64,000 nucleotides of DNA from Octopus vulgaris (GCA_951406725.2 OX597819.1:24924001-24988000); one strand, 5' to 3'; shown: positions 26,071 to 39,375, numbered from the stretch's first letter. Translations and numbers: made by a program. Notes: generated by a model from the letters alone, not told the origin.

Positions 26071-26465
26071 AGGCGGCGAGCTGCCAGAAATGTTAGCATG
26101 CCAGGCAAAATGCTTAGTGGTATTTCGTCTGCCGCTACGTTCTGAGTTCAATTTCCGCCAAGGTTGACTTTGCCTTTCATCCTTTTGGGATCGATTAAAT
26201 AAGTACCAGTTACGCACTGGGGTCGATATAATTGACTTAATCCATTTGTCTGTCCTTGTTTGTCCTCTCTGTGTTCAGCCCCTTGTGGGTAGTAAAGAAA
26301 TAGGTATTTCGTCTGTCTTTACGTTCTGAGATCCAATTCTGCCAAGGTCGACTTTGCCTTTCATCCTTTCAGTGTCGATAAATTAAGTACCAGTTGTGTA
26401 CTGGAGTCAATCTAAATGATTGGCCCCCTCCCCAGAAATTTTGGGCCTTGTGCCTAGAATAGATA
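26071..26465 (+). mobile_element. SINE family B dimer
   Basis: GGCGGCGAGCTGCCAGAAATGTTAG head and two core units. Confidence 0.85.
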
Positions 26466-27416
26466 ACAACATTACATGCACATGGAATAGACCAAATTCA
26501 TGATTCCATTCTTGTTCTGCAGATCTTTTGCATTTATTCTACAAAACTTGCTGCAACATAGCCTCAGACATCTTGCATATTATTTAGATAGAGCATGCTC
26601 TTTGTATTTTCTCTTCTTGTTTTCCATTATTTTATTTGTTTATATAAAAAGCTGGTATGGTAAAGAATTTGGTTCTTTCATTCAAATTTTCCATTCCTTG
26701 CAATCACTGTAAACTTTTCTACTGAATTCTATTATTTCTTCTTGCTTGTGTAAAACTTCACCATTATTTGGAATTTTGCAAGTGAAAGAAAATTTTGCTA
26801 GAAAAGAAAATTTTGAAGAAAAAATCCATAAAAATATTAAGATAAAAATTTGCTGATGTTATCCATAATCATATCTTCCAAATAACATTTAACATTTTTC
26901 AAACCATTTTGATTTTTCTACCTCCCTGTGCTCCTTCCCTCCCTCCTCCCCTCTCTCTCTTTTTCTCTCTCTTTCTTTCTTTTTTCTTTCTCTCTCTCAA
27001 TTCTCCATTCCTATCTCTAAACAGTGATGCCATTTTCAAATAATGGCATTTTTCTTCTTGATACTATCATAATGAAGATGATGCCAAATGATGGCATCTC
27101 TTCTCAACGTACAAAAAGCTCTTAGATAATTTCTTGCAACTTATGTCTGTCAACTGCTAAGAGCAGAAAATGATGAGAGGAATCATAGACTTAATAATAC
27201 ACAGGTGACATTTACAATACAGATATAATCAACAGACAAACATACATTTCCGATTGCACTCACATAAATCTAAAGAACTTGAAATACACATTTTTTTTAA
27301 AATACATTACTGTAAAGCTTTCTATACAGCATCTCCAACAATAACCATCAAGTAAATATCTGGAATAGATTTGGAGGAAAGAAAGAATGGCGTTCCCTGG
27401 TACTCAAAGATCAATA

Positions 27417-27851
27417 CTCTTTTTACTCTTTTTACTCGTTTTACTCTTTTACTTGTTTCAGTCATTTGACTGCAGCCATGCTGGAGCACTGCCTTTAATC
27501 GAGCAACTCGACCCCGGGACTTATTCTTTTGTAAGCCCAGTACTTATTCTATCGGTCTCTTTTGCCGAACCGCTAAGTAACGGGGACATAAACACACCAG
27601 CATCAGTTGTCAAGCAATGCTAGGGGGACAAACACAGACACACAAACACACACACGCATATATATATATATACATTTATACGACGGGCTTCTTTCAGTTT
27701 CCATCTACCAAATCCACTCACAAGGCTTTGGTCGGCCTGAGGCTATAGTAGAAGACACTTGCCCAAGGTGCCACGCAGTGGGACTGAACCTGGAACCTGG
27801 AACCATGTGGTTGGTAAGCAAGCTACTTACCACACAGCCACTCCTGCGCCT
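27417..27851 (-). mobile_element. SINE family A, full length, young variant
   Basis: Complete head, body and (TACTCTTTT)n tail. Confidence 0.9.
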
Positions 27852-28959
27852 TCATCAATGTTGATGAAGATTTTGCTTTATATGTAATATCATAGTTTAT
27901 TATATGTTATATGCTTGTATGGATTTGAATGAAATGTGACAATTAGGGCTGAATCTGAAGGTTATGAAAGCCATAATGGCCATGGAGTTGGGTGGAGAAC
28001 ACATTGGTATAGGTTTGAAAAAATAAGCTACAACAAAAGGCTGATAAGAAGAAGGTTATGATGGGAAAATTGAAAAATTCTTTTATCTCTTTGGAAAGTT
28101 GAGAAGCTTGTAGAAACCATATTAGACATCTGTCAGATTAAATAGCAATTTAAGTGGTTCTTTGTTTAAAAAAAAAATGCAACATGAAAGCATAATTATA
28201 TTCCAACAGTTAATGATATGCAATCTTTTTGAATTATTGTTTATTACTTTAAGAAAAACGAGCAATGCCGAAGTTTGTTAGACTGAATGTTTGGAATATC
28301 TTGATGCGATTAGAGCTTTTGTTTTTCAGTTTGAATTGTTTCAGATTCATCAGTAGAAGGAATGCATGCATAGGAAGCAAAGAATATACAGTGGATATTC
28401 GGTAATGTGCTTTGATTAGGGGTTGGAGTGGAACTCTTAATGGTTTGAAAGGCATAGCTAATTATTTAGTCAATACTGGTTTGTTTTGCCCAGACAACTT
28501 TCAGACTTGACTTCAATATATTAGTGACAGATGACAAAATGAATCAAGTCTTATGAGGTCTGAAAACAGAAGTATGACATTCCAAAGTAGATATCATAAA
28601 ACATTTAGACTAGTGCCCTAGTATTTGTACTTAATCTGTCAAATGCATCATTAACACTGGAATTATTTAATGCCTTATTCAGACATCAAGTTACTTAATA
28701 TCCTTACAATCACTTACATCATTATTGCTACAACATCTCAAAAAAAAATAACTTCATCATAAAATCTTCTCCACACATTACACTATCTACAAACACCATT
28801 TCAAAACTCAACACTACAGTGAAAATCTCCTGACTTTCACAAAAAAAAAAAAAAGGTGTTTCAGTTCATCCATATTTTTTCCACAACAAAGTATACTTTT
28901 ATTTACTTAGATTTAATTAATTAGTAAGAATTTGTTTCTAATATCTCCCATTGTCACCT

Positions 28960-29580
28960 TTGCCTACAAGCAAGATTATCATTATCCTTGAAATCATCAC
29001 TACTGTTGCCATCTCTACTATTATTATTGTCATTGTCATCACCACAAATCATCACTACTGCTATCATCATCACTATCACCACCATCATCATCATTGCTGC
29101 CATCACCACCATACCACTTCCACCCACTGCCATTAATACCAATACCAATATCTATTTCTTTACTACCCACAAGGGGCTAAACACAGCGGGGACAAACAAG
29201 GACAGAGAAACGGATTAAGTTGATTAGATTGACTCCAGTGCGTAACTAGTACTTATTTAACCTACCCTGAATGGATGAAAGGCAAAGTCGGCTTCGGCGG
29301 AAATTGAACTCAGAACGTAGCGGCGGACGAAATACCTCTGAGCATTTCGCCCGGCATGCTAACGTCTCTGCCAGCTCACCCAATATCATCATTCTCACCA
29401 TCATCACCACCACTATTGCCACTTTCATCACTATTACCGTCATCATCATCATCATCATCATCATTACCAATCCATTGTGACCAACACAACCATTGCTATG
29501 ACCAACTCCAGCACCGGCATGCTGTTGCCACCATTCCTACCTACAACTACCACCATCATTATCATTCACCACATTATGCT
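28960..29580. repeat. (CAT/CAC)n low-complexity tract hosting a - strand family B SINE at 29151-29380
   Basis: Direct inspection. Confidence 0.85.
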
Positions 29581-30420
29581 ACCATGTTACTATTTCGAAA
29601 ATACCAGTTTGGTTAGTTTCAGGTATTTTGATACAGAGTATGTTAACATGAAATAATATAATGGAAACAATCTTTAGTACGTACTAAGATTTGGACTTTG
29701 AAAAGGTTTTCAATACCAATTGATCTAAAAATCATTGATCTGGGAAACAATTAGGCAGTGAGTTAAATCTACTCGTAGAAGATATGCAGTCATATGGCAG
29801 ATGGTTTCCATACAAGCATATAAATGTGTTATAGCATGAAAGCAATATGGAAAAGATGGTAGGAACTATAAAAGCTAAAGATCAGATTTGATAAATAGGA
29901 GTTTGTTTGATCTTGGAAGTGTTGTAGAATCTTCAGTAGGGTACTTGAGGTAGTGATACAGAAGAGGTATGTAGTATAGGCAAGCTAATAAGTGCAGATG
30001 TAACATGCATTTTTCATTTTACTAAATCGAGTATGGAGTGTAGTGTATACACAGAAATATCTATGCATCATCATTGTCAATCATTGTCACCACCACCACC
30101 ACTTCCATCCTTATTGCTGTTACTACATGAATAAGCTAGGGGGACAAAACTCCTCCACTAGCTCACAACTGATTCCAAGAGAGATAGGAAAAGATAGGTA
30201 AGAAATGAAGAATTGGTCTTCAACACTTGACAGGGAACTTTATCATATATTGATCTCAGATATATGAAAGACATTTACTGAAGGGGTTACTCTATACAGA
30301 GAACGGAGTCAAGTTTATTTTAAAATACAAGTTAATAGGGACGTCAAATTTTGCCATTCAGCTTATTTGTAAACCAGTTGGTGAAACTTGAAGTCTTAGG
30401 CAATACATAACGTGTGTGTA

Positions 30421-30778
30421 TCATCATCATCATCGTTTAACGTCCGTTTTCCATGCTAGCACAGGTTGGACGGTTCGACTGGGGTCTGGGAAGCCAGGAG
30501 GCTGCACCAGGCTCCAGTCTGATCTGGCAGTGTTTCTACAGCTGGATACCTTTCCTAACGCTAACCACTCCGTGAGTGTAGTGGGTGCTTTTTACGTGCC
30601 ACCAGCACAGGTGCCAGGGGAGCCTGGCAGCGGCCACGATCGGTTGGTGCTTTTTACATGTCACCGGCACAGAAGCCAGTCAAGGCGGCGCTGGCATCGG
30701 CCACATTTGGATGGTGCTTTTTATGTGCCACTGGCACAGGTATCACAACTACTATTTCCACTGATATTTATTTCGATG
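30421..30778 (-). mobile_element. RTE LINE 3' end (family C)
   Basis: (CAT)n tail and repeated GGTGCTTTTTACGTGCCAC units. Confidence 0.88.
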
Positions 30779-31206
30779 TTCATACATATATTGTATATGC
30801 TTGTGCATATGCATATACATGTATGCATGTGAACATATATCTATATATATATAACAAACTAGGTATAGGTATACCTATCCATCATTTGTTATTTATTTAT
30901 GATTCACCGCTCTCAGTACCTGTTCCTTGCATGTTCCGAAATGTATTATGGACTGTATATTGCTTTTCTGGATTAGCCTAAGGGCTAGTAATATACTCAG
31001 TAGGGTTCAATTAATTGTATACATAACCTGAATATCTTTCTGCCTGTACATCTGTATCAACGTTTGTATTCGTCTATAGTTGCTGTGTATGCATTTTAAT
31101 TTTGACCTGACCAAGTGCTTTACCATCTAAGTGCCGGATTCACCTGAATTTTAATATATTGTATGTATGTATGTATGAGTGAGTGTGTGTGTGTGTGTGT
31201 GTGTGA

Positions 31207-31245
<39 letters not shown>

Positions 31246-31362
31246 ATAAAATCATTCTCTCACACACATTGTACTTCTAGGTCAGCTTGTTTGTTTTATA
31301 TATATTTCATACAAACATACATGTGTAAGCATAAAGTACACAGCTGCAAGTGTGTGTGTATG

Positions 31363-31414
<52 letters not shown>

Positions 31415-32387
31415 GATACACGCACACACATATATGTATGCACATACAACATCATATCGCTGTTTGCAGTAACGTATAACAGAAACCAAGAAAAACATTC
31501 TCAGTAGCTATATGGGGGTAGGAGATGTTTAAAAAAACCTTTAAAAAAAACAAACATCCACTTTCTCTTCCCTAAGGTAAGTCAGAGATATTTATAGTTT
31601 AAACACAGCACTTGTTTTAAGTTTCTTTACATTGATATTTAGGCCCTGAAAATTTCTCTTATGCCTTTCTCTTTGTTTCATTGTCTTACCTTTCTCCCTC
31701 ACTTCTATTCTTACTTTCATTCTCTGTCCCCTCACATACTCCCTTATTTTCCTTTTTTTTTTTCTTTTTACATTTTTTTTTTTTCAATTGGATTCTAAAT
31801 CTGGCATATTCTATTTTTGTATATGGTGGCTTCTTTCTATTTTCATTGCAATGAAATGCTATGGTATAATACTCATCTATTCCTACCCCCTCTTATTTGC
31901 TGCTCTTCAAGTGACAGGTGAGGTGTTTTCTCCTGCTGACTTACATCAGAAGATACCTTGCATTTTTACTATTCAGCAGATTAACTGGTATTATTTTACT
32001 ATTACATTAATCTCACGTGACAAGTGCAACAGTAAAAATTTACTGCGGAGGAGTGGGGGAGGGAAGGCACAGAATTGAAGAGGGGTATGGGGCTAAAATG
32101 TAAAAAATTAAATTATTTTTGACAAAAAATTCTTTTACAGAAGAAAACAACCACCATATTTCTTGCATTTATCCTTCTCTATGCGGTAGTAACAGCTTCT
32201 CCAAAAGTCCACCAATCACAAGATTACACCCATCATGTAAGACAGGTGTACTAGTAAAAAATTTACCTGTTAGCTAATGAGTTAAAGCTTTCCTCATAGG
32301 CTCTGGAGCATCTATTTATTAAACATTTCTTAATTCCAACTTCATTTCTTTCTTTTATCAATTCTATCTGCCTTTTCTTTCTGTTGA

Positions 32388-32407
32388 CTTTATTATTATT
32401 ATCATCA

Positions 32408-32438
<31 letters not shown>

Positions 32439-32602
32439 TATTATTATTATCATTATTATTGTTATTATTATTATCATTATTATTGTTATTATTATTATCA
32501 TTATTACTATTATTATTATTATCATTATTATTGTTATCATTATTATTATTATTACTATTATTATTATTATCATTATTATTGTTATTATTATTATTATCAT
32601 TA

Positions 32603-32634
<32 letters not shown>
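32388..32634. repeat. (ATT)n microsatellite with ATC/GTT/ACT variants
   Basis: Direct inspection. Confidence 0.95.
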
Positions 32635-32637
<3 letters not shown>

Positions 32638-32836
32638 TAGTTTTATTTTTATAGCGTGCTTTCACTTCACTACCGAGCGCAGCTCTGTGTGCCTTAGGTA
32701 TGTGCTGTGATTTGTTGTGATGCTCTGATGGTTATTGTATGGAAAGTGTTCTGCGTAGGATGTGTGCAGTGCCTTGTAGTGCAATTTTCTGTATGTTATA
32801 TGTGTTTGTAAGTCCTGGTGTTTTTGTTATGTATTT
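32635..32836 (-). mobile_element. 3' end of R4/Dong-like (restriction-like endonuclease) non-LTR retrotransposon
   Basis: YITKTPGLTNTYNIQKIALQGTAHILRRTLSIQ* fits the QK..L.GTA.ILRR.L C-terminus; flanked on both sides by (TAA)n. Confidence 0.75.
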
Positions 32837-32837
32837 G

Positions 32838-32892
<55 letters not shown>

Positions 32893-32927
32893 TATTGTTG
32901 TTATTATTATTATTGTTGTTGTTGTTA

Positions 32928-33565
32928 AGGTGGTGTGCTGGCAGAATAGTTAGCATGCTGGGCAAAATGATTAGCAGTATTTTGTCTGTCTTCACATTCT
33001 GAGTTCAAATTCTGCCGAGGTTAGCTTTGATTTTCATCTTTTCAGGGTTCATAAATTAAGTACCAGTGAAATACTGGGGTTGATATAATCAACTGGTCCA
33101 AATGGCTGCCCTTGTGGCAAAATTTGAAACCGTTGTTGTTGTCGTTGTCGTTCTTCTTCTTCTTCCTTTACACACTGCCAATAATTTTCAAGAGACAAGT
33201 TGATTACATCAACCTCAGTATTTGACTGGTACTTTATTTTATAGGGCCCAAAAATGTGAAAAGCTAAGTTGACCTTGACAGTATTTGAACTCAAAATGTA
33301 TGTTACTTAACATTTTCTCCATTGTTGAGTATTAGTTTGCCATCTTAATAATAATAATAATAATAATCCCTTCTACTACAGGCACAATGCCTGAAATTTG
33401 GGGAGAGGTGGTTAGTCATTTATATCAACTTCAGTGCTCAATTGATATTTATTTTACTGGTTCCGAAAGGATGAAAGGCAAATTTAAACTTGGAACATTA
33501 AGAGTGGATGAAATGCCATTGTGCATCTTTGTTCAATGTTCTAACAATTGTGCTAGTTTGCCACT
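32928..33565. mobile_element. Cluster of three decayed family B SINEs in mixed orientation
   Basis: GAGTTCAAAT / CATC.TTTC.GGG / AAGTACCAG motifs on both strands. Confidence 0.7.
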
Positions 33566-33585
33566 TTAAAATTGATAATAATGAT

Positions 33586-34243
33586 AGTATGCTCTGCTGG
33601 ATGTGTAATGTCAGTGTGCATACATGACAGAGTGTAAGCGCCCTGAGAAAAAAGTTGGACATAAGAAGCATTGGATGTAGTGTGCAAGAGAGACAACTGC
33701 ACTGGTATGGTCATGTGTTGCACATGGATGAGGACAGCTGTGTAAAGAAGTGTCACACCCTAACAGTGGAGGGAACCTGTGGAAGAAGTAGACCCAGGAA
33801 AACCTGGGATGAGATGGTGAAGCACGACCTTCGAGCGTTGGGTCTCACAGAGGTAATGACAAGCAACTAAGACCTTTGAAGATATGCTGTCCTTGGGAAA
33901 ACCCGGTGGCGCATAAAAAACACTATTTGAGTGTGGCTGATGCCAGTGCTGGTGGCAAGTAAAAAGCACTGTTTGAGCATGATCAATGCTAGTGCCGCCT
34001 GACTGGCTCCTGTGTCGGTGGCATGTAAAAAGTACTATTTGAGTGTGATCAATGCCAGTACTACCTGACTGGCACCCATGCTGGTGGCACATAAAAAGCA
34101 CCCACTACACTCTCAGAGTTAGGAAGGACATTCAGGTGTGGAAATCTTGCAAGAGCAGATTGGAGCTCGGTGCAGCTTCATGGCTTACCAGTCCTCAGTC
34201 AAACTGTCCAACCCATGCCAACTTGAAAAGCGGATGTTAAATG
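33586..34243 (+). mobile_element. 5'-truncated RTE-clade LINE: ORF C-terminus plus 3' UTR
   Basis: QERQLHWYGHVLHM...GTCGRSRPRKTW (RTE RLRWxGHV and RGRPRxTW motifs) followed by the family C 3' UTR. Confidence 0.9.
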
Positions 34244-34847
34244 AATAATACTAATAATAATAATAATGATCTTCCTTTCTACTAAAGGCACAGGGCCTGA
34301 AGTTTTGGGGGAGGGGGTTTAGTCAGCCCCAGTGTTTCACTTGTACTTAGTTTATCAACTCCAAAATGATGAAATGCAAAGACGACCTCAGCGGAATTTG
34401 AACTCGGAATGTAAAGATGGAGGAAATGTCGCTAAGCATTTTGTTCTGTGTGCTAATGATTCTACCGACTTGCTGCTTTTAACAACAACAACATAATAAC
34501 AATGACTGATGATGATTATAAGAACAATAATGATAATAATATTAGTGGTGGTAGCAATAATATTACTGCCCAATTATGATATTGAATCATGTGGTCAATA
34601 ATGGTTGTGATGATGATAATGCTGATTAGTATGCAAGCAGAAGATAATGGGTAAAATTGGCAAATTAATAATACATATTAAACGTAATCAATGAAGCAAG
34701 TATTGAATAACCTTCAGTTTCAGTGTACAACCATTGATCTTGTTTTTCATATTGATAGAAAAGAGATCAATCAGTGAATAGCCAATATAGTTTCAAATAT
34801 AATATCAAATATTTTGGTTTTTTTCTTTTTTTTTTTTTTCTTTTCAG

Positions 34848-34859
34848 AAAGGTCAATCA
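34848..34859 (+). other. Candidate 12-nt micro-exon AAAGGTCAATCA
   Basis: About 27-nt nearly pure pyrimidine tract plus CAG, then perfect GTAAGT donor; frame-preserving length. Confidence 0.55.
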
Positions 34860-35486
34860 GTAAGTAACTATTATGTTTCAAAGTTGCACTTGCTTGTCAA
34901 GGAATTTACTTGATTTGTGATCTTGTGTTGAAACAGAAATAGTTTATAATTTGGAAGAGTAATTTTAGCCATTTAGAATTACACATAAAAAATTCTACTT
35001 TCACTTTCATTTGCTTCTTGATAATTATTTGTAACTTCAGTACAAAGATAAAAAATTTTGAAGGGAAATTCAGTTGATTAATAAATTAAGTCCAGTGTTT
35101 GATTGGTACTTTGTTTCATTAACACTATAAAGCTGAGTGGCAAAGTTCACCTCAGGTATTTGAACTCAGAGCTCAGATATTTATTGTTTAATAATATCAA
35201 TTACAAAGGGTCAAAAAGCATCTTCACACATCCACATCTTTGTCATTACAGTTCTATTACAGAAGTGCAATAAAACTTTTTGACACTGCTCAATAGATAA
35301 TGCTATCAAGAAATATACCAAAATAAATGTAACAATTTTGGCTAATGTTTTTTAAATTACTAGCGTAACTTTTCCAAGATGTGACCACTGCATTGTTATA
35401 TATAATCAGATAGTATCATGATTACCTTCTTCAGTCTGTCTTATAAAACACACATGTAAAACGGGTATTATTATTATTATTATTAT

Positions 35487-35715
35487 TGAGTGAGAGAGCA
35501 GTTCATGCCATCAAAGTGACACTGGGGTAAAATATACGAAGCCCAATATAGCCATCATGACTACCCGTCTGATAAGGGTACACCAGGCACATGCATCACA
35601 ATGTGTGCGACATGGTGATCTCATATCAAGATAAACAGCACATGACCTTGCAGGTGGAGCCCAGTTAGAATTTTCTACAGGTTGAGTAGCCCATCCCGCT
35701 CAAACGGTCCCTGAA

Positions 35716-35716
<1 letters not shown>
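35487..35716. mobile_element. Unclassified interspersed repeat (family F), short copy, within (ATT)n
   Basis: TGAGTGAGAGAGCAGT.CATGCCATCAAAGTGACACTGGGG... homologous to the 36413 copy. Confidence 0.75.
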
Positions 35717-35753
<37 letters not shown>

Positions 35754-35842
35754 TTTGTTTGACTTTTGCTTTACATTTGTGCAAGTTGGCTCCGAGTCTC
35801 ACCCAGAGAACTCAAGAGACAAGCTGGAAGTTCATTTTGGAA

Positions 35843-35877
<35 letters not shown>

Positions 35878-35878
<1 letters not shown>

Positions 35879-36155
35879 TTAGGGTGTTGCACTCATGATC
35901 TAGCAATCGTGATTTCAATCTCTAGACCAGGTGCTGCATTGTGTTCTTGAGCAAAACACTTCACCTTACATTGCTCTGCAATCACTTCGACACTTGACAT
36001 GTGGTACACCATACACCTGTTCAGATAATGTTGATTTGAGGGAGAGAGTGATGTTATGTATGATACAAGCATTTGATCACTATAAACAAATCATTTGTGC
36101 AGGTCAGCTAGCAAAAAGCTGAACACTCATACATCGTCTTTGATGAGAGAGTCCA
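35878..36155 (+). mobile_element. Family E-related SINE, decayed
   Basis: TTGTGTTCTTGAGCAAAACACTTCA core. Confidence 0.6.
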
Positions 36156-36412
36156 TCATCATTATTACTATTATTAAGGCAGTGAGCTGGCAGAATCGTT
36201 AGCACACCAAGCAAAATACTTAGTGTCATTTAGTTTGTTTCAACTTTCAGGGTTCAAATTCTGCTGAGGTTGACTTAACCTTTTATCATTTCAGGGTCAA
36301 TAAAATAAGTACCAACTAAAACTGGGGTCAGTGTAATTGACTTACTCCGTCCCAAACTTGCTAGCCTTGTACTAAAATTTGAAACAATAGTACTTATTAT
36401 TATTACTATTAT

Positions 36413-36930
36413 TGAGTGAGAGAGCAGTGCATGCCATCAAAGTGACACTGGGGTAAAATATACAAAGCCCAGTATACCCATCATAACTACTGTCTGATAA
36501 GGGTACACCAAGCACATTCATCACAACCATATGTGTGTGACAAGGTGATCTAATATCAAGATAAACAATGCATGACCTCACAGGTGGGGCTCAATTAGAA
36601 TTTTCTTCAGGTTGAGTGGCTCATCCTGCTCAAAGCTCCCTGAATAAGGGTTGTTTGAAGATGTTGACTGAAACATCTGAATTATTCAAACTTCTAAGAA
36701 TTCCTCTCAACACATGGCTAGAATGTTCCCCCACTACTTCTGCTCATGATCAGAGCTGCACATATTGTCAGCCACCAAGGGACATATTCAACTGGTTAAG
36801 GTCAATCTGTGGCAGTGAACAAAATATTTGCTGTAACCCATGTTTCATACCAAGACAAAACATGTACATGATAACACTTCCAATCAGTTATGATCAGAAA
36901 CCAGTAGAGCCAGTGCCTGGTATTGCACCT
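36413..36930. mobile_element. Family F repeat, longer copy
   Basis: First ~230 bp homologous to 35487-35716; right boundary approximate. Confidence 0.65.
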
Positions 36931-38497
36931 GAGTTCATATTCTGTTCAAGTCATCTTTGCCTTTCACTGGGGTCATTAAAATAATTACCAGTTAAACACT
37001 GATGTCAATGTAATCATCTGACCCCACCACCACCACCACCACCACCACCACCACCACTACCACTTCAGAATCACTGGCCTTGTACCAAAATTTGAAACAG
37101 CCTTCTGGATGAAGTTGTTTTGTTGATGTTTAACTTCAGATCAGCCCTGATTGAAAACCTATTGATCAAAGCTATTCCAACCTGTATCAGCACATCTCTT
37201 AAAGATTATCTCACGCTACATTGACTGTGTCCTCTCATTTCTTAAGATGATGGGATGTGACTTTTTAGGGAGATTTTGGCTCCTATTTCTAGCAGGTTCA
37301 GCAATCAAGTTTTCTGCTCAAAAGTAGAAAGCACATTATAGCAAATAGATGGCCTTTCTACTTGGTGATGCTTAAAGATTTGTCACAAAATGTGATAAGT
37401 TAAATGGTTATTAGATCCCTTCTTTTTTTCCTCTTTACTCTAATGGAACTACAGAATGGCTTAAAGTATTAAAAGAAGGTTAAGTAAAATAGTGGCAAAT
37501 TGATTAGGGATGGCAATTTATCAAAACTGGTCACTGCTGTTGTATTGTAGATAATACACAATACTTAGCAATATTAAGCTCTGACAAACCAATTAGCATG
37601 TCTAATGAAAATGTCATGCCAGAATGGTTGTTTTTCCTGTTGTATGTTTGCATCTCCTGTATTGGGATAATGGCTTTGGAAACCTCTATATTACAAAGAT
37701 TCATGTATTTACTTTGATCATTCATTTTGATGTCTATTTTTTTGTGCTAGCATGGGTCAGATGAATACATATTATATTGGTACTCCTCCCCCCTCGCTCT
37801 CTCTCTCTCCATATATATATATATATATCTATATCTGTATCTATCTATCTATTTATGTATATATATATATACAAGCATAGCATTTACAATTAATCATCTG
37901 AATATAGAAATTGAAATGTAGTGTAAACAAAAGATTAATAACCTAATCAGATCATACCAGTGTTGCTGGTTCTCAATGTTTGATTCAGCTTTATTGTATG
38001 ATAAATATTGTTGCAAATCTCATTGCCACTTGCTATGCTTGACAGGTGAAATTTCTAATTTTATATATGTAAAAACTATATTGTCCAACAATATTGTGTC
38101 TGCAACATGTTCCAAGACTTACTGACTTGCTAAAAAGTCTGAAAAGTGAGTAGATTGGATTCTTTGCCTCTCAGAAATGTCAGACCTAAAACAAGTTACT
38201 GTTTGACGATTAGCTGGTGACAAATTAATTGTAACGTAAGTTCAGTGAAAGAACTTTACAAAAAGAAACCCCCAAAACTGAACTTGAATTAGTTGTGTCC
38301 TTTCAAAAAAAAAAAAAGAAAAAAGAAAAAGAAAAAAATGAATTGTATATGTCAAGTAAAGCTTCATGCTATGTGATTACTTGGTGCCGAAGTCGGTATA
38401 TTAATACATTAAAGCTGACCCAAACTATGAAATGCTGGAACTTCATGATACTTATGATTATGAATGTTCAACCAAATATCTCTTGGAACGCTATATT

Positions 38498-39045
38498 AGG
38501 CACAGACTTAGCTGTGTGGTTAAGAAGCTTACTTTTTGAGCACATAGTTTCAGGTTCTGTCCTACTGTACAACACCTTAGGCAAATGTCTTTTACTATAG
38601 CTACTGGTCAACCAATGCGTTGTGAGTGAATTTGGTAGATGGTAACTATGGCAGAAACGTTAGCACGCCGGGCGAAATGCGTAGCTGTATTTCGTCTAGC
38701 GTTACGTTCTGAGTTCAAATTCCGCCGAGGTCGACTTTGCCTTTCATCCTTTCGGGGTCGATAAATAAAGTACCAGTTACGCACTGGGGTCGATGTAATC
38801 GACTTAATACCTATGTCTGTCCTTGTTTGTCCTCTCTGTGTTTAGCCCCTTGTGGGTAGTAAAGAAATAGGTAACTATGTGGAAACCCACCATATGTATA
38901 TATCTATGTGTGTGTGTGTTGTGTTTGTTGCCCCACCACTACTTGACAACCATTGACAGTGGTTTGGCTAAAAAGACTGACAGATTAAGTAACGGACTTA
39001 TAAACAGTAAGTACTGGGGTCAATTTGTCCAGTGATTGAAACAGA
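38498..39045 (+). mobile_element. Old family A SINE interrupted by a young family B SINE (38651-38869)
   Basis: 10-bp TSD GGTAACTATG at 38641-38650 and 38870-38879; inner copy retains CpGs. Confidence 0.85.
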
Positions 39046-39046
39046 T

Positions 39047-39375
39047 CATCATCATCATCATCATCATCATCGTTTAACGTCCGTTCTCCATGCTAGCATG
39101 GGTTGGACAGTTCGACCGGGGATCTGGGAAACCAGAAGGCTGCACCAGGCTCCGGTCTTATCCGGCAATGTTTCTACAGCTGGATGCCCTTCCTAACGCC
39201 AACCACTCCATGAGTGTAGTGGGTGCTTTTTACGTGCCACCTGCACAGGTGCCAGGCGAGGCTGGCAATGGCCACGGTCGGATTGGTGCATTTTACGTGC
39301 CACCGGCACGGAAGCCAGTCAAGGCGGCACTGGCATCGGCCACGAGTCGGATAGTGCTTTTTATGTACCACCAGT
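39047..39375 (-). mobile_element. RTE LINE 3' end (family C)
   Basis: Same motifs as the other family C copies. Confidence 0.88.

Noticed and set aside
32364-33002. Poly-Leu/Ile/Asn ORFs resembling signal or transmembrane peptides
   Set aside because: (ATT)n repeats; only the R4-like tail is meaningful
38175-38235. AG...GTAAGT-bounded 61-nt exon candidate
   Set aside because: Stops in all three frames; could only be non-coding and has no other support
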